Below, piece by piece: positions 50,841 through 64,000 of a stretch of DNA of 64,000 nt; position 1 is the stretch's first letter, and each line of letters begins with the position of its first letter. Both the position numbers and the translations under genes were made by a program. This stretch comes from Mobula birostris (Eukaryota), in NCBI RefSeq assembly GCF_030028105.1, contig NC_092388.1, positions 10,874,508-10,938,507 of the forward strand, given 5' to 3'. Below the pieces are notes generated by a model. It worked only from the letters and a program-made list of their open reading frames with translations. It had not been told where the DNA came from and ran no database searches.

Positions 50841-53800
50841 TCATCATTCATATGTTTGGTTATACTATATATTCAACTATTTATGCAAACGTGCTTCTTA
50901 ACTTTCGAACTTCAAGACGTTAATCAATAATTCATTAATGTTTTACTCAATGTTAAAAGTTTTACTCCGGCCTTTTTGGAACACGGATTTTGGTTCGAGT
51001 TAAGAATCTAGAGAATGTGCAATCATAAAGTGTGTTCAGTTTAAAGGGTGAACAGATTGTCCTTCGTCCTTCATTGGAAGACATAGTAACGATCATAATT
51101 TTAATCAATTCATTGCCAGCTCGTCTTAACTGCGGAACTGAAAACTTAAGGTGTGCGAGTTTTCTTAAAACTTTTAAGAGTGTTATATTCAGAACCACGT
51201 TGCACCATTTGTGGCATGGGACAATGTTTACTGACGAGAATATAGGTTGAAGACTGTGTATCTACGTTGTGTAAAACTGATTAGAATGAATGCTTAAATA
51301 ATGACTTTTAGAAATATAAAATGATAAGACATAAAATGATATGTAGAAGAACGTAAAGAAAGAAAAATAATAAGAGCTACCTGTTAAGGACAGAATTTAC
51401 AAAAGGAAACAACGTTTTACAAATAAAATTAAATTGATGAAGTTACGTGCTTGGAGTAGAAAGATACCAGATACCAACCCTTGCCATAACGCATTTTAGC
51501 AATTTTAATCCAGAAAAAAATTGTTAGGTGTACCAATATTACCTCTTACATGTTTTATGTTCCTCAACTTTCAATCTATGGTGCACTTACATAGCTTAAA
51601 AAAACAAATAAAGAGTTTCAGTTCTATTGAATTAATAGAATTGTCTAATTCTCTTCAAAGGTTCCCAATGACCATTGGCAAGTCTCATGTTGAAACTACT
51701 TTAGCTTTCTTACCCCCAAGAAATTTTGCGCGTTATCAACTTGCCCTGAAGCATCTAAACATACATTTTGCATTAGTGACCCCAAAGGCACGATTTACGA
51801 TTCATTTGGGGGGAAAATCAGAATCATTATGTCCTTATCAAGTCTACCCCCTCACTCTGTGCTGCACTGACTAAAATCACCTTAGCTTTCTCTGTCTGCC
51901 TTTTGTCAGGTAAATACAAACCTTATCTAGTCCCCATAACTAGCTTGGTGTAACGTGTGGGTGTTAAGCAAGTCCAATACAATAGCGCTCTAAAAAGCAC
52001 GCCCAGAAAAAAAGGGAGAGTCGCACACAAGCTTAACAGCTGTGGGGCTTCCCTGATTGTTTGGGTTGAAAATGTGGAGTGCTCGCTTTCTTATAGATCG
52101 ATTCAAATTCCAGACCCCAGTTTTAGTCCATTACAAACAGCTATTCGTCTGCTCCAAGTAGTTCAGCCTACACGCTCCGGATGGAGGTCTTTCACACCGT
52201 GAGACACAGTCGACCCAACTTACCTTATCGCGGATTTCTTGCAAGGAATTATCATGGAACAACCTTCTGCAATACCAACAAAACTGAGCTTAAGAAACTT
52301 CTTAGGATTTGTTGGGTTAAAAGTTAGACTTTGAAAAAAAAAGTATTCCTTTAATTATCTCCCAAATTCAAATAAAAGGATTTAAGTTGACGTATGACCA
52401 CGTGAGCACATAATACAGCGCATTATTGTGGCATTTGGATCGGAGACCCAGGCTGGCTTCGGCTGTGATTACGCTTTTCCACTTTCTGTTAAGAGCCAGC
52501 TTTTTTCTTCTAAAGAGATTGCACTCTGGGCGCTGGATTTCACATGAAGGGATATATGCGAACAGGGAGAGATGCTGCATTTAGCGGAATGGATTTTATT
52601 TTGAGGTATTTCAAATGCTTCCGTTGATTGTTCATTAATATGGTGAGTTATTGCTGTTCAAGGCAAAGGTCAGTGGAAAGCCTTACGGGTGTCAGATTGT
52701 GCCAAAACACGCTTAGTTTCCTCTTTTCTGCCTGTTTCGGCGCATAGTCCATTTCCAGTAATGTTTGCTCTCCATATGGTAAATATAAAAGAAGTTATTT
52801 TGTACAATAGTGTGTGGATCACATGTATTGTATGTGTTGTTCCTTAAATCATGAACAATCGAATATTGAAATCCTGTCAATGGCCGCTCTCTGTCCGAAT
52901 AAGTACAAACAAAACAATGTATGTTTATTATATATAATTCGACGCCAATATTTCTGGTTGTAAGAGCCAATAATAAAATGATTATTATAACACATGGGCA
53001 TTAATGTACATTTACTTTTTTGACATTTTATTCTTTATATAACAAGCTACAATGAAAGGTTCATCGTCCATTTTAAAAATCCTGCTAGCTAGTTTATGAA
53101 TTGTTGTGTCCTTCAAATTTAGGTTACTAGGTTTTTCCTTACTATGTGAGAATTACCGAAATTGCAATGAATCACATCGCTTCATGGATNNNNNNNNNNN
53201 NNNNNNNNNNNNNNNNNNNNNNNNNNNNNNNNNNNNNNNNNNNNNNNNNNNNNNNNNNNNNNNNNNNNNNNNNNNNNNNNNNNNNNNNNNNNNNNNNNNN
53301 NNNNNNNNNNNNNNNNNNNNNNNNNNNNNNNNNNNNNNNNNNGGGAAATAACAAGCAAGCTCTTTAATGGATGATCTAAACACAATTGCCCACATTTCTC
53401 CATCGTCACTGTGGTAATATTTGACCAATTTGAGGTACAAAGCAGGTTGTATTGGGGTATTATTTACTAGCAGGCCGTCATTGTGTTGGAATATTGACTG
53501 CATAAAGAAATTAACGAAATAAATTAATAGGCGATGGAACCCAACTCAATACTGCCATTGTCTTAAGAGTACATTTGCGGTGAAAAAGGCAGGAAAAGAC
53601 TCCTTATGTTATGCTGGTGGGTGCAAATGGTATATAAAAAAAATTGCACCCACCAGTGAGCCTTTCTCAGAAAAGGTCAGAGTGCTGCGATTTGATTTAT
53701 GTTTTCGGTGTTTTGGGACAGTCATGCCAATGCAATCCGCTTTAACGAATGCTTTACTTCTTTTTATATATGACAAATCACATTGGCAATTATTGATAGC

Positions 53801-55448
53801 CTGATCGGTTATCCTACCAATGCTAAATTCTACCAATCGTGCAAAATTAAGCCAAGTATTGGGTGGGGTGGGTGTGGGGTATTGCGTGGGCTGAGGAGAG
53901 GAGGAGGAGGGTAGTGATGTTTAGAATATAATTGCCAATAAACAAAGTTCGTTTCTGGGATCTATGCGATTAAAACAAAAATTGAATAATAAACGTGTTG
54001 AACACTATCGCGACTTTGCAAACAGTTATTTCACAAAAGGTTCCATGCACATACAGTGATCATCGCCTTAGTATTTTTTTTAGCCCTAATTGGACTCTGG
54101 AGCAGGGTTTTGTTTGCCTATTTAAATTCGTGTGTCCCATCTGCCGTTTCTATTACAACCCCGTCACCCCAATATAAAATGTAAACACTGGACAAAGATT
54201 TTTCATGAAGGTTTCAATTTTTTTTAATCGCTCTTGAGTTACAATTCCTTTCTTGCCCACTATCCAATACTGAAGCAAATTTAACATGTCTAAAACATAC
54301 AGCACACAGTTTCATAGCGTCTTACATGTTTAAAGAACAATAAGAAGTTGGGTTAGTACAGATGCATTTGGGAAGACATGCGTACATAAAATACAACACC
54401 GGCGATGACGGACAGAAGGTTTACATGTTGGGTTTATGATAAATCTTTACTTAGAAGAATCCGTTCGATATACAACGAAGATCCGTACATATTGGACGTT
54501 TTTTTCCCTCATTGATTGGAATATTGTATCTTCGTGTAATTGATTTGAGATCTTAGGTTGATTTCTGTCCGTTAATAATTCATGTAGATTTAGTAGATGC
54601 TCTTAAACAAGGATTTTTAGCTTCCCGGCGCCTTTCTTTTTATCGCGTGGAAATTAATGGTTTCTCGATTTCGTTGCAGACTTTGTCCTAAATAACATTT
54701 ACACAAGCAAACGCAGAGACTGTACAAACTTTCGGTGAGTTTTCTAAACTTTTATGATACCTAAGTAGATATATGGTGGCTAAGGACAGAAAATGCTCTC
54801 ACTGCAAGGTGTCATCTTTATTAGTTCACGTTTAAGCGGCGGGTTATCTTGAGCTTCTAACAAATGAACCGCAATAGGTTGTTACAATTTAAATCACGTG
54901 TGCTTTTGGATATTGGACATAAAAAGACACATACCAGTTATAGAGGAAGTTACATTCAACATATTATAGATGGTAACATGGATGCTCTACCATAGTAATT
55001 AGCATTATCCGAACATTAGAACATCGATTGGAAATGTAATATTTCCCTTTATATTGAACAAATATACCTTCACAATGGAAGGTGTGACGGTTGCAGTAAA
55101 TTATACAGACTCTTTGTTTAAAAATATTGGCATCTATTGCTAATACCAAGTCAAATCAAGCAGTCGCCACTTCCAGCTCTCTCCGTTTACTCTCTCTTTG
55201 TAAATATTTGCATCCGTTAAAGAAAATAGATTCTTATCCAATATTGCAGTTCTCTTACATCCGAGGATAGTGACTTTACAAGGTTCGCTGATATAAGCGG
55301 GGCCTTCAGTTTCTATCCAGTCGCTTCTGAACTGAAATTCACGGAGCCAAACTTAAGAGGTAGAAAGTTTTAAAGGAAAGATCCAGCATCCGTTGGCGTT
55401 ACTATTTTCCCACCTTCGTACGATCTCACGAGAGAAGAAAAGGTTGGA

Positions 55449-55689
55449 GTCAGCACATTAAGATAGTGGAAGGGTTGATCATTGACAATAAAGTACTTCA
55501 CTACAGAGAGAGAAAAAAACATTGAGCGGCTTACTTGCAAAGTTGCATACGAGTGAATTTTTGGCCCTATCTTCCCTCCTACGCTGCTTGGCTTCCCCTT
55601 TCATGTAGTTGCATCGCAATAAGCGATAGGGGCAAGTGTTTTCTCTTTAGTGCTCTGTTTACAGCCTTAGTGCATGAAGTCATAAATCT
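55449..55689 (+). promoter_or_regulatory. Probable HoxA3 rhombomere 5/6 enhancer (Maf + Hox/Pbx + Meis/Prep)
   Basis: Maf half-site GTCAGCA (55449), TGATCATTGA with overlapping TGACAA (55476-55488), TCATAAATCT (55680); same order as recalled for the mouse Hoxa3 kreisler/auto-regulatory element. Confidence 0.6.
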
Positions 55690-56665
55690 TACGTAGCCAT
55701 AAACGACAGAAGCATTGGTATGCATAAGGGGTGTCTATAGCTCATATACTCTTTCATTGCTCGCCTTCTCTCTTTCGTTTCCTCCCCAGTTGTAACTTTT
55801 TACTCTTGTAGCTGAAATACTTTGAGTTTAACATTTCTAAAACCTGTAGTTTCGGGAACACCGAAATACTGGATGTGCCTTACAATCAACTGAACCGGTT
55901 TGAAACCGGCTGGACTTTTACTCCCGCATCGTTTTTCCTCTTAACTATTCTCATGCTGTACCTTCAAACAAAGGCCTTTCTTTGCAACCAGGGGTTAATA
56001 AAAAGTTAAGCTAGTACTTTTAATGCGAAAGTGTGTGTCCACATTTAAATAAGGCAAAACTCTATTCGGATCTGAGTGATTATTAAAAAGTGCGTGGATT
56101 TAAATGGGACAAGCTCGTTTCAAGTTTGATTGCATAGATTCAGTGATTGCCAAACCAAGGCGCTTGTGTTCTCCGTGTTGGTTAATTTGCATAATTTTTC
56201 AGTTGTGACGCTATGTTTCGGGGGAGTTTACCCAGCCTGTCTGTTCAGTACTGCCAGACAGCAAACTTAAAATCCGCGCTTTTAGCATTCAATATTCATA
56301 AGAAACATACCCCATTTCTTTGGTATGAGATAAGAGCAGCCAAGGAAGCTGATAGTAGTCTTATCTCCCTGACCAGGGCGCGCTACCATAATCACAAGGG
56401 TGGCCATCCAAAAGCTACAGCCCTTCTCTCCAGCTTTTTTCAGCTCTACCATTTTCCTTTCCCATTTGCCGTTGTCGAATTTCAGCGCTCAAGAGTAATT
56501 GTTTGCCTTCATTCCAATTAATTCCGAAGTTCTGAAACTTCTGCTTATCGATTTCCCCCGGTGAATCTGAAAATATTGTGCCGTGGTCTGCGCCTATCGT
56601 CAGAGACTAAGGTAAGCTGGACACAAATAGGCTATCACTCGTGAATGGCGGAGTTTATGTCCCAG

Positions 56666-56710
56666 TGATTTATGACCATATGACTTAAATCTCGGTTCAA
56701 GAAAAGTTCA
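56666..56710 (+). promoter_or_regulatory. HoxA3 upstream DR5 RARE with adjacent Pbx/Hox site
   Basis: TGATTTATGA (56666-56675) and GGTTCA-agaaa-AGTTCA (56694-56710). Confidence 0.85.
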
Positions 56711-59700
56711 CATGCTATAGTTTCCTTTCATATCGTGACTGATACCCGTAGGCTTCCAATTCAAGTCTTTCATTCCAATGTTCTGCTTCTCCTTCGCCCT
56801 TGATCGGTTTCTTTGAGCTACTTCCCTCTGCACTTTCGGAGTTTTATGAATTTATTATTGCCTACAACGCAGCCTAGGGCACACCACCACACACCTACCA
56901 AGATACTCATTCTGTTCTTCCTGTTAGAAGCTGAGTTCCAATGCTTTCTTTTTCGACCTTCCCACCTTTCTAACCTTAGTGATGTAGAGAACGCTGAAGG
57001 CTGTTATGGAGGCATTTTTTTTAACTTTCAGTATGCGTAGTTTAGGGTTATTTGTGCAATAAATTAGAAAATACTCCTAGCATTTGAAGAGACTTCTAAA
57101 TTGGTGAAAGGATTGTTAGGTGAACTCTATATGTTACTTCAGTTGACAACCCTTTGACCAGATGGCAGTTAATATACACGCACACACGTGAATATGCAGT
57201 ATTATCTGTGCTGCGTATGTGCTTCCAGTTACCAACCATCTCTGCACTCAGACACATAAACAAAACGAGAGTCCAGAGTAATTCGAGAGTAAATAATTTC
57301 CCTTAAAATAGAAATTGGAACAAAAATTATTTTGCCGAATATCGGAGTGTAATTACGTAGAATTAAATCATAGCGTTTATACAGGTGAGTAAAGTTGTGG
57401 TTGTTGCTTCAGGGAAAATGGCGGACGGCACGCAGGGCCGAAAGAGCAAAAGACATTTTTGATGTTTGAGCAGTGATTCACAGGGGTTTCTATTAGTTAT
57501 TCGTCGAAAAGAAATGAAAAATTCACAACCTTTCCCCGTTGGTTTATTTATGTATGCTTGTGAAACAGTTTCGATCATATAGTAAGAACTGGAAATAAGG
57601 CAAATTACTGACAAGTTCTTAACATTAAATCCTAATAACTCAATACATATGGCGATAACTAGCTCCTAAAGCAAATCGTCGCAGGGTTTAGGTTTCAGGC
57701 GCAGCTGTGGAGAGTCTGATGCATAATACTCGCTATTTTATGATTTCAATATTTAAAATGCTTTGGGACCATTAAGTGCTGCTGTCAACAATGGCACATG
57801 ACTTGTTCTGAAGACAGGAGGTTAAATGTATCTTTGAAAAGCATAGTTTAGCGTTTGAATCGCCCACTTTCAGAAACGCACAAAAGGTGTCATTTAAAAC
57901 CTTAGCGCAAGTTTATCCCGCCTGCTGACCTCGGTAGTTTCGTTTTCATTTATAGACCTGAAAAAAATTACAGCGGCCTTGGAGGTAACTCCAGGTTCAT
58001 GTCATATTCACTGGAATGCTGTGAGTTATGTTTTATTGAAAAATAGGGACGTACAGGGGGACAGAAGGGCCAAGTAGTTCATCAGTGTTAACCGGTCAAT
58101 AATTTTATACGAAACGCGGAGAAAACATTTCGGAATGACCGTTTTGAAAGTAGTTTGAAACTAGTCTCAGTTTGGTCTGCTGAACATCTTCAGCATTTTC
58201 TGCTTTTATTTCAGACTTTCATCATCTGCAGTTCTTGACTTTTCAGACAGATTCGCTTTGTATTAGGGTGACCGAGTCAAAGAAACCCCAAGGAAACAAT
58301 GGTTTGCTCGATAGGGCTAACTTCTTTCAGAAAGTAATACTCCGGTGTAAGCAGGGATCCTTAGGATAATTAACCTACCAGAGGAACCCATCAATGACCA
58401 AGTAACCGAACATTATTTCTAGATTAATTAGTGATCTGTAGGCCTTAGCGAGTTTTATATATCCAATGCAAAAATAATTCAACATTATTAATTTATTCCG
58501 CGCGACAGTATAAAACTATTCTTTAACCACCGGTATGGTTATATTTTTAGGAAAATAATAATTAACTGAAAGGTTTGAAGTGGGTTGTTTACTGCCCCTT
58601 TCTCGTGATGCAGGCGCTTTCTGTGGGCTGGGTTTTCAACTCTTCTCCCGGCCTAGTGACCCCCATACATCAAATTACGAGCACTTTCAGAGACAGAGCC
58701 TATTATCGTTTGGTCGGAAGAAAAGTTCACACCGTGGTCATGAAGAAGAACGCCAGTTTTTCAGGTTCCTGGCGCTTTCCGATCCATCATGCATTTAACA
58801 GGTAGAATTCAAACAGTAAAAAAGAAGGCTTGAAATTTCCGCCCGACCAAATGGTGACCCGTTAAAAGTGGAACCAACAAAAAAAGCAAGACATTTCTGC
58901 TCGCCAGTCTGGGGAAATCAGGAGAGTCAAAACAAACACTAGTTAAATTATTTAGAAAACAATGCACTCAGTGCAGGGCGAGAACTGAAATTCTTGTCCA
59001 AGGCTCAGAGTTTAGGCATTTTAAAACGAAGCTCCTCTCCGGAGGCGCGTAAATACCATTAATGTCTATCTGGCAGGAATGTTCAAATACTGGCCAACAC
59101 GGAAATACAGTCTGCAATAAAGTTTGGTAATAGTTTTAAAGAGTTACTTAAAAGGTACTTTGCCGATAATTAACTTTATAGTTATCAATTTAATCGTAAT
59201 CATAAATTAAAACTTTGCACAAGTTAGTGTTCACTTTTTGTATTTATCCTTGCTGAAAAGTTAGCGTTCCAAAAACTGCTTTCCTTTGGTTTTATTTTTT
59301 TGAACAAATATTTCAAATGATTTAATCATTTGTGTGAGCTTATGTCAATATATCTGCTTTATATAATGATCGGCCTATTTAAAATCGACCAATTTAAACG
59401 GATATACACAAATCAAAAATCACAAAGCATTAGTTTTAACATTTGTTTTATTCGCACGCAGTGTTTCTTTTTAACTACCTAAGGAAAAAAAAAACCGTCT
59501 GCTTTTAGGTCAACCTCCCGAAATCCATGGTTCACAGGAAACCAGAAGTAGTATTGTATTTCCATAATCAGACAAAATAAAACAAGAAAGCAGAATCTGA
59601 AGGAACTCAATGTTTGGTTCTCACCCACACTGAGCATTTAGTGCTGAGGGTCAGTTTTAAACTGCTGTTATACTGAGAACGCCTAGGGCTAAGCTGTGTG

Positions 59701-59926
59701 ACCAAATATTGCTGCACACTTTTTTCATTTATGGCTTTGATGTCAGCTGCTATTGAGAGTAAGATGGATTTGTACCATTTCACCATTATGGTTTTGTTTG
59801 TTGTAACCCTAGGTCTACCCGAAGAGGCCATTGGAAGAAGAGTCACGTGACACCGGGTGCCAATGTTATTCTATAAGGGTGTCAAGACCCTGTCAGTTTG
59901 CGAAATAAATATTGGGAAGCAACGAG

Positions 59927-60383
59927 ATGCAAAAAGCAACATACTACGACAGCTCTGCGATTTTCGGTGGTTACACGTACCAAGGAGCAAATGGTTTTAA
60001 CTACAATGCCAGCCAGCAGCAATATCCGCCTTCATCTCATGTGGAAAATGACTACCACCGGCCTGCCTGCTCTCTACAGTCACCTGCAAGCTCTGCCCCT
60101 CATCACAAGCCCAATGATCTTAATGAGAGCTGCATGCGAACCAGTGCCAACCAAACGAGCCATCTCCCTGTTATTGCAGAGCAACAAAAGCCGCAACCAC
60201 CTCCACCACCCCCACCCCCACCATCTGTATCCCCACCCCAAAATGCCAGCAGCAACTCAAATCAATCTAGCACAAGCAAAAACCCCACACTTACCTCACA
60301 AACCACCATTAGTAAACAAATATTCCCTTGGATGAAAGAGTCACGCCAAAATGCCAAGCAAAAGACCAGCAGTTCTAGTTCAG
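59927..60383 (+). CDS. hoxa3: HoxA3 first coding exon (exon acceptor at 59812)
   Basis: [26 protein letters not shown], poly-Pro, [13 protein letters not shown]; phase-1 donor G|GTATAA. Confidence 0.97.
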
Positions 60384-60617
60384 GTATAACTTAACCTGTT
60401 TTTCTTTTGACTTACTTGTCATGACAGAGTTGCAATGAGTACATGCTAACAAAGTCAATCTCATTATCACTATCACAGGTGGTCAATCAAATAATTGTGT
60501 GGCTTATGTAGCCTTTAAAAGTGGTTTAAACATTTTCACACAATAATTAGACAAAGAGCCAATAAATTTCATTATTTCCAAAATGTAGTTTAGGTAAATT
60601 AAGGTACATATTTATCC

Positions 60618-60740
60618 ATATCTATATCTATCTATCTATCAGCTTATATCTATCTATTTATATCTATGATCTATCTATCTATTTATGCATACGTATATGT
60701 GTATTTGTATGTATATGTGTATACGTATGTGTGTGAGAGA
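60618..60740. repeat. (TATC)n/(TATG)n low-complexity repeat in HoxA3 intron
   Basis: Directly visible. Confidence 0.8.
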
Positions 60741-61384
60741 GCGAAAAGCAATTATATCTCACCTTCTCTCCACAGCCCTGTTGAACCCTCTTCCCCCATT
60801 CTTTTCTCTCTCTTTCCCACTGATCTTTTATCTCTAACATATTTAAAATCTTAGCACAACTTTGTTCTACTTCATTTATACTGGGTTTATTTGAATATTA
60901 TATTTGTTATTTATGTATATGTTCATACTGATCAGAAGTTAGAATCATATATATATAACCTGTTCTAATTTCAATAATGTCCAGATGGGTAGTTAAGTAT
61001 GTCTTCAATCCAAGGATTGGACAGTGAATAGCATAATCTTCATTTCATTTCAAGGTTTAATGACCAGTATAAATGTGGTTTAACTTAAATTATCTGTTAT
61101 CTAAATGCAATCCCTGAAAATATGTGTATTATTATATGATTAATAGCATGATTTGTGGACAGCAGTGATTCTTTTATAAATTAAAATGGCTTGGAAATAT
61201 TTAAAATTTAGATTTGCATCTGTGGTCACAACCAAATATATGCAAACATATATTTATATTCACAAGCTGAGAAATACATTAATAAGAGATTTGATAAATT
61301 TTCTGTAAACCATAACAACATATGGCATTGCAATTGAAAATTGCGATCAGTAGTTATGAATTATCATTATCCATATTGAATATA

Positions 61385-61490
61385 TTTTTGTTCATTTATT
61401 GGATGTGTGCATTGCTGGCAAGAGCTGAATTTATTGCCTATCCATAATTGCCTTTGATTATGTGTGGTGAACCACCTTCTTGAACCACTG
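61385..61490. mobile_element. Short degenerate fragment of an elasmobranch LINE/SINE-type interspersed repeat
   Basis: GCTGGCAAG...ATTTATTGCCTATCCATAATTGCCTTTGA...GGTGAACCACCTTCTTGAACCACTG resembles a recalled abundant shark/ray retroelement segment. Confidence 0.55.
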
Positions 61491-61930
61491 AAAATTATAT
61501 GCAATCAAGTGCTTTTTTTAAGTAACCACTCAATAACTTGAAATAACATGCCATGTTAGAAACTGTAGTGACATAAACAAGCATATTTCTTGTAGAGGGT
61601 GAAGGACACTTCAAGTTGGTTTGTTAGTATTTTATATAAAGTAGATCAGGCGCTAGAAATCAGTGTTCATTTCTAAATATAACTCAATATTATGATTACC
61701 TATGTATGTATTCAGTATAGCCCAGAGTAGCATGTGTTACAGTTCTTAAAGGTCCAATGGCCAATTTTATTGTGTAACTTCTTAAAAATATTAGAATATA
61801 TATATACATATATATTCTAACATTTTATATATCTTTTAAAAATATAAAGTAGATAAATAGATACTTAGATATGTAGATATTGATGTATATCCTTACAGAT
61901 GTGCTTAATGGCCATTTCCTTTATTTATAG

Positions 61931-62703
61931 TTGAAAGTTCTGCTGGTGAGAAAAGTCCACCTGGCCCAGCATCCAAGAGGGCACGCACAGCCTACACCAG
62001 TGCCCAGCTGGTGGAATTGGAGAAGGAATTTCATTTTAATCGCTACCTTTGTAGGCCCCGGAGGGTCGAAATGGCCAATTTGTTAAACCTCACTGAAAGA
62101 CAAATCAAAATCTGGTTCCAGAATCGTAGAATGAAGTACAAGAAAGATCAGAAGGCAAAAGGTATGCTAACTTCCTCTGGAGGACAGTCGCCATGCAGAA
62201 GCCCCATCCCGCCTTCCGCGGCGGGAGGATATGCAAACTCGATGCATTCCTTGGCGACCAGTGCACCCTATGATCCTCACTCACCTACTTCCTTCAGCAA
62301 ACCTCATCAAAATGCATATGGTATTCCTACATCTTATCCTGGGCCTCTCAACAATTGCCCACCTCCACAGAAGAGATATGCTGGGACAACAGCTGTGACA
62401 CCTGAATATGACTCGCACCCTCTTCAAGGTAATGGCAGCTATGGGACTCCTCATTTACAGGGTAGCCCAGTGTATGTTGGAGGGAACTTTGTAGAATCCA
62501 TGCCAAGCTCTGGGCCTTCTCTTTTCAGCTTAACCCACCTTGGCCACCCTCCCTCTGGAAGCATGGACTATAACGGTGGAGGGCCAATGACCAGCAACCA
62601 TCATCATGGACCTTGTGACCCACATCCCACATACACAGACCTTTCTTCACACCATCCGTCTCAGGGAAGAATTCAGGAAGCACCGAAACTGACCCATCTG
62701 TAA
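61931..62703 (+). CDS. hoxa3: HoxA3 second coding exon (homeobox + C-terminal tail); spliced protein 409 aa
   Basis: [69 protein letters not shown] ... [12 protein letters not shown]. Confidence 0.97.
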
Positions 62704-64000
62704 TGGACCGGTTGGCTCCTGGTGTACTATCACTGTCTTATGCATTTATGTCATCTTAACCTTATAATTACATTTCTCCTTTCACCTCTTTCTCCTTTTT
62801 GATTTAGTATCAATCTTTATAGTTTACATGTAATGGTGTTTCTATAGACAACCAATCCTTGCTTGTATTGCTCTGTCTCTGGTTCGTGGTTGTTCTTCTC
62901 ATGGACTCCAGCCTTAGCATTCAGTAGTAGAAGTGAAGTACTAAGGCTTCCAGAACTTTGCATATATAATCTTCTACTCTTATGGAACAGGGTATATGAA
63001 CAAATTTTCTAAAAAAAATACCTAAACGTGAATTTGTTCGTGCTTTATTTTTCCTTATGAGGAACAGTAAAATGGTTTATATTGCACTTCTTTACATTGA
63101 ATGGTTAAACGAGATCGATGCGCTTGTACAGGGTCTCCCTGGGCAAATAGAAATTCTTGTCCATCTTTCAGTATGTGTGTATGCTGGTGAACATTCAAAT
63201 TTATTTATTTGCTCTTTCAAAGGAGAATAATCTAAGTGTTTAAAATATTATTTATCCCCATTGACACATATTTATAAAGAAAACTGTACATTAACTATTT
63301 ACTTGGTTATGTTCAGCCTTGTGTTTTAAGTCATGGTAAATATATGTTTCTTTTTAAATTCCTGTAAGATACACAGAAAAATAGTTTTCTGTCCATAATG
63401 TAATAAAGGAAAGCAATTTGGTCAATTGTGGGAATAATGCCAAGAAAACAGAATTTAGTCTGTAACTGTAGTATTCTTAAAATGAAACACAACATTGCCA
63501 CAATTTTGTTTTAGATATGCATTCCATGCTGCAAATGAAATACCCGTTGAACAGCTAGTTCTGAAGAATAAATTTTTTTTGTCAGCAATATTGTGTTGCT
63601 TGAAATATTAACTCTGCTCAAATCAATGCACTATTTTCCTTCTGAAATGCTTGTAAAAATGCAAACCAGTTCAGCAACACACAGTAAAGCACACAGCCCT
63701 GTAATCAGGTTTCCTTTGTGTTGTGTGGCTACAACCAAGTCTTCCACCCCCACACTGTAACATCATCCATTTTCATGTGGCTGGCATCTGTCTCCAATGC
63801 TGCATTTATTGAAGTCCAAAAGGAAAGGGACTCTCTCTGCCCCCCATGTAGGAAATGAAAAACTCTACAAGAAAATAGTGTTGGATTTATTATATTTAAT
63901 AATTAGTAATAGTTTGTTTGATCAAGACAAATACACACTACAAATAAAAGGTACAGATAGTACACTGCACAGAAAATATTTCACCATCGGAGAGAAGCCC

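Noticed and set aside
48541-57170. GACCAGATGGCA motifs at ~48541 (reverse) and ~57156 as CTCF sites
   Set aside because: They lack the 5' CC of the core and are equally explained as CAGATG E-boxes.
59474-59481. ACTACCTA miR-196 seed match
   Set aside because: Lies upstream of the HoxA3 acceptor (intronic), not in a 3' UTR.

Overview
AT-rich vertebrate genomic DNA containing the central/3' part of a HoxA cluster, all genes on the + strand: miR-196, HoxA9, HoxA7, HoxA6, HoxA5, HoxA4 and HoxA3. Each gene has two coding exons joined by a phase-1 GT-AG intron. Protein sequences, cluster spacing and an elasmobranch-like repeat fragment suggest a cartilaginous fish (shark/skate/ray); this is inference. 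Recognisable conserved regulatory DNA includes three DR5 retinoic-acid response elements, CTCF-type motifs at the A9|A7, A7|A6 and A6|A5 positions, a Maf + Hox/Pbx module upstream of HoxA3, intronic HB-1-like elements, distal promoters and clusters of miR-196 target sites. The most interesting signals are apparent fossils of elements lost from HoxA: (1) a decayed two-exon paralogy-group-8 gene between HoxA9 and HoxA7, with a hexapeptide remnant, in-phase splice sites and an in-register homeobox with stop codons; (2) a likely paralogue of the Hoxc8 early enhancer just upstream of it; (3) a miR-10 3p-arm-like remnant at the syntenic position upstream of HoxA4. Three N-runs (12230-12399, 28553-28692, 53190-53342) hide sequence. 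Comparisons with mammalian sequences are from memory and need alignment.
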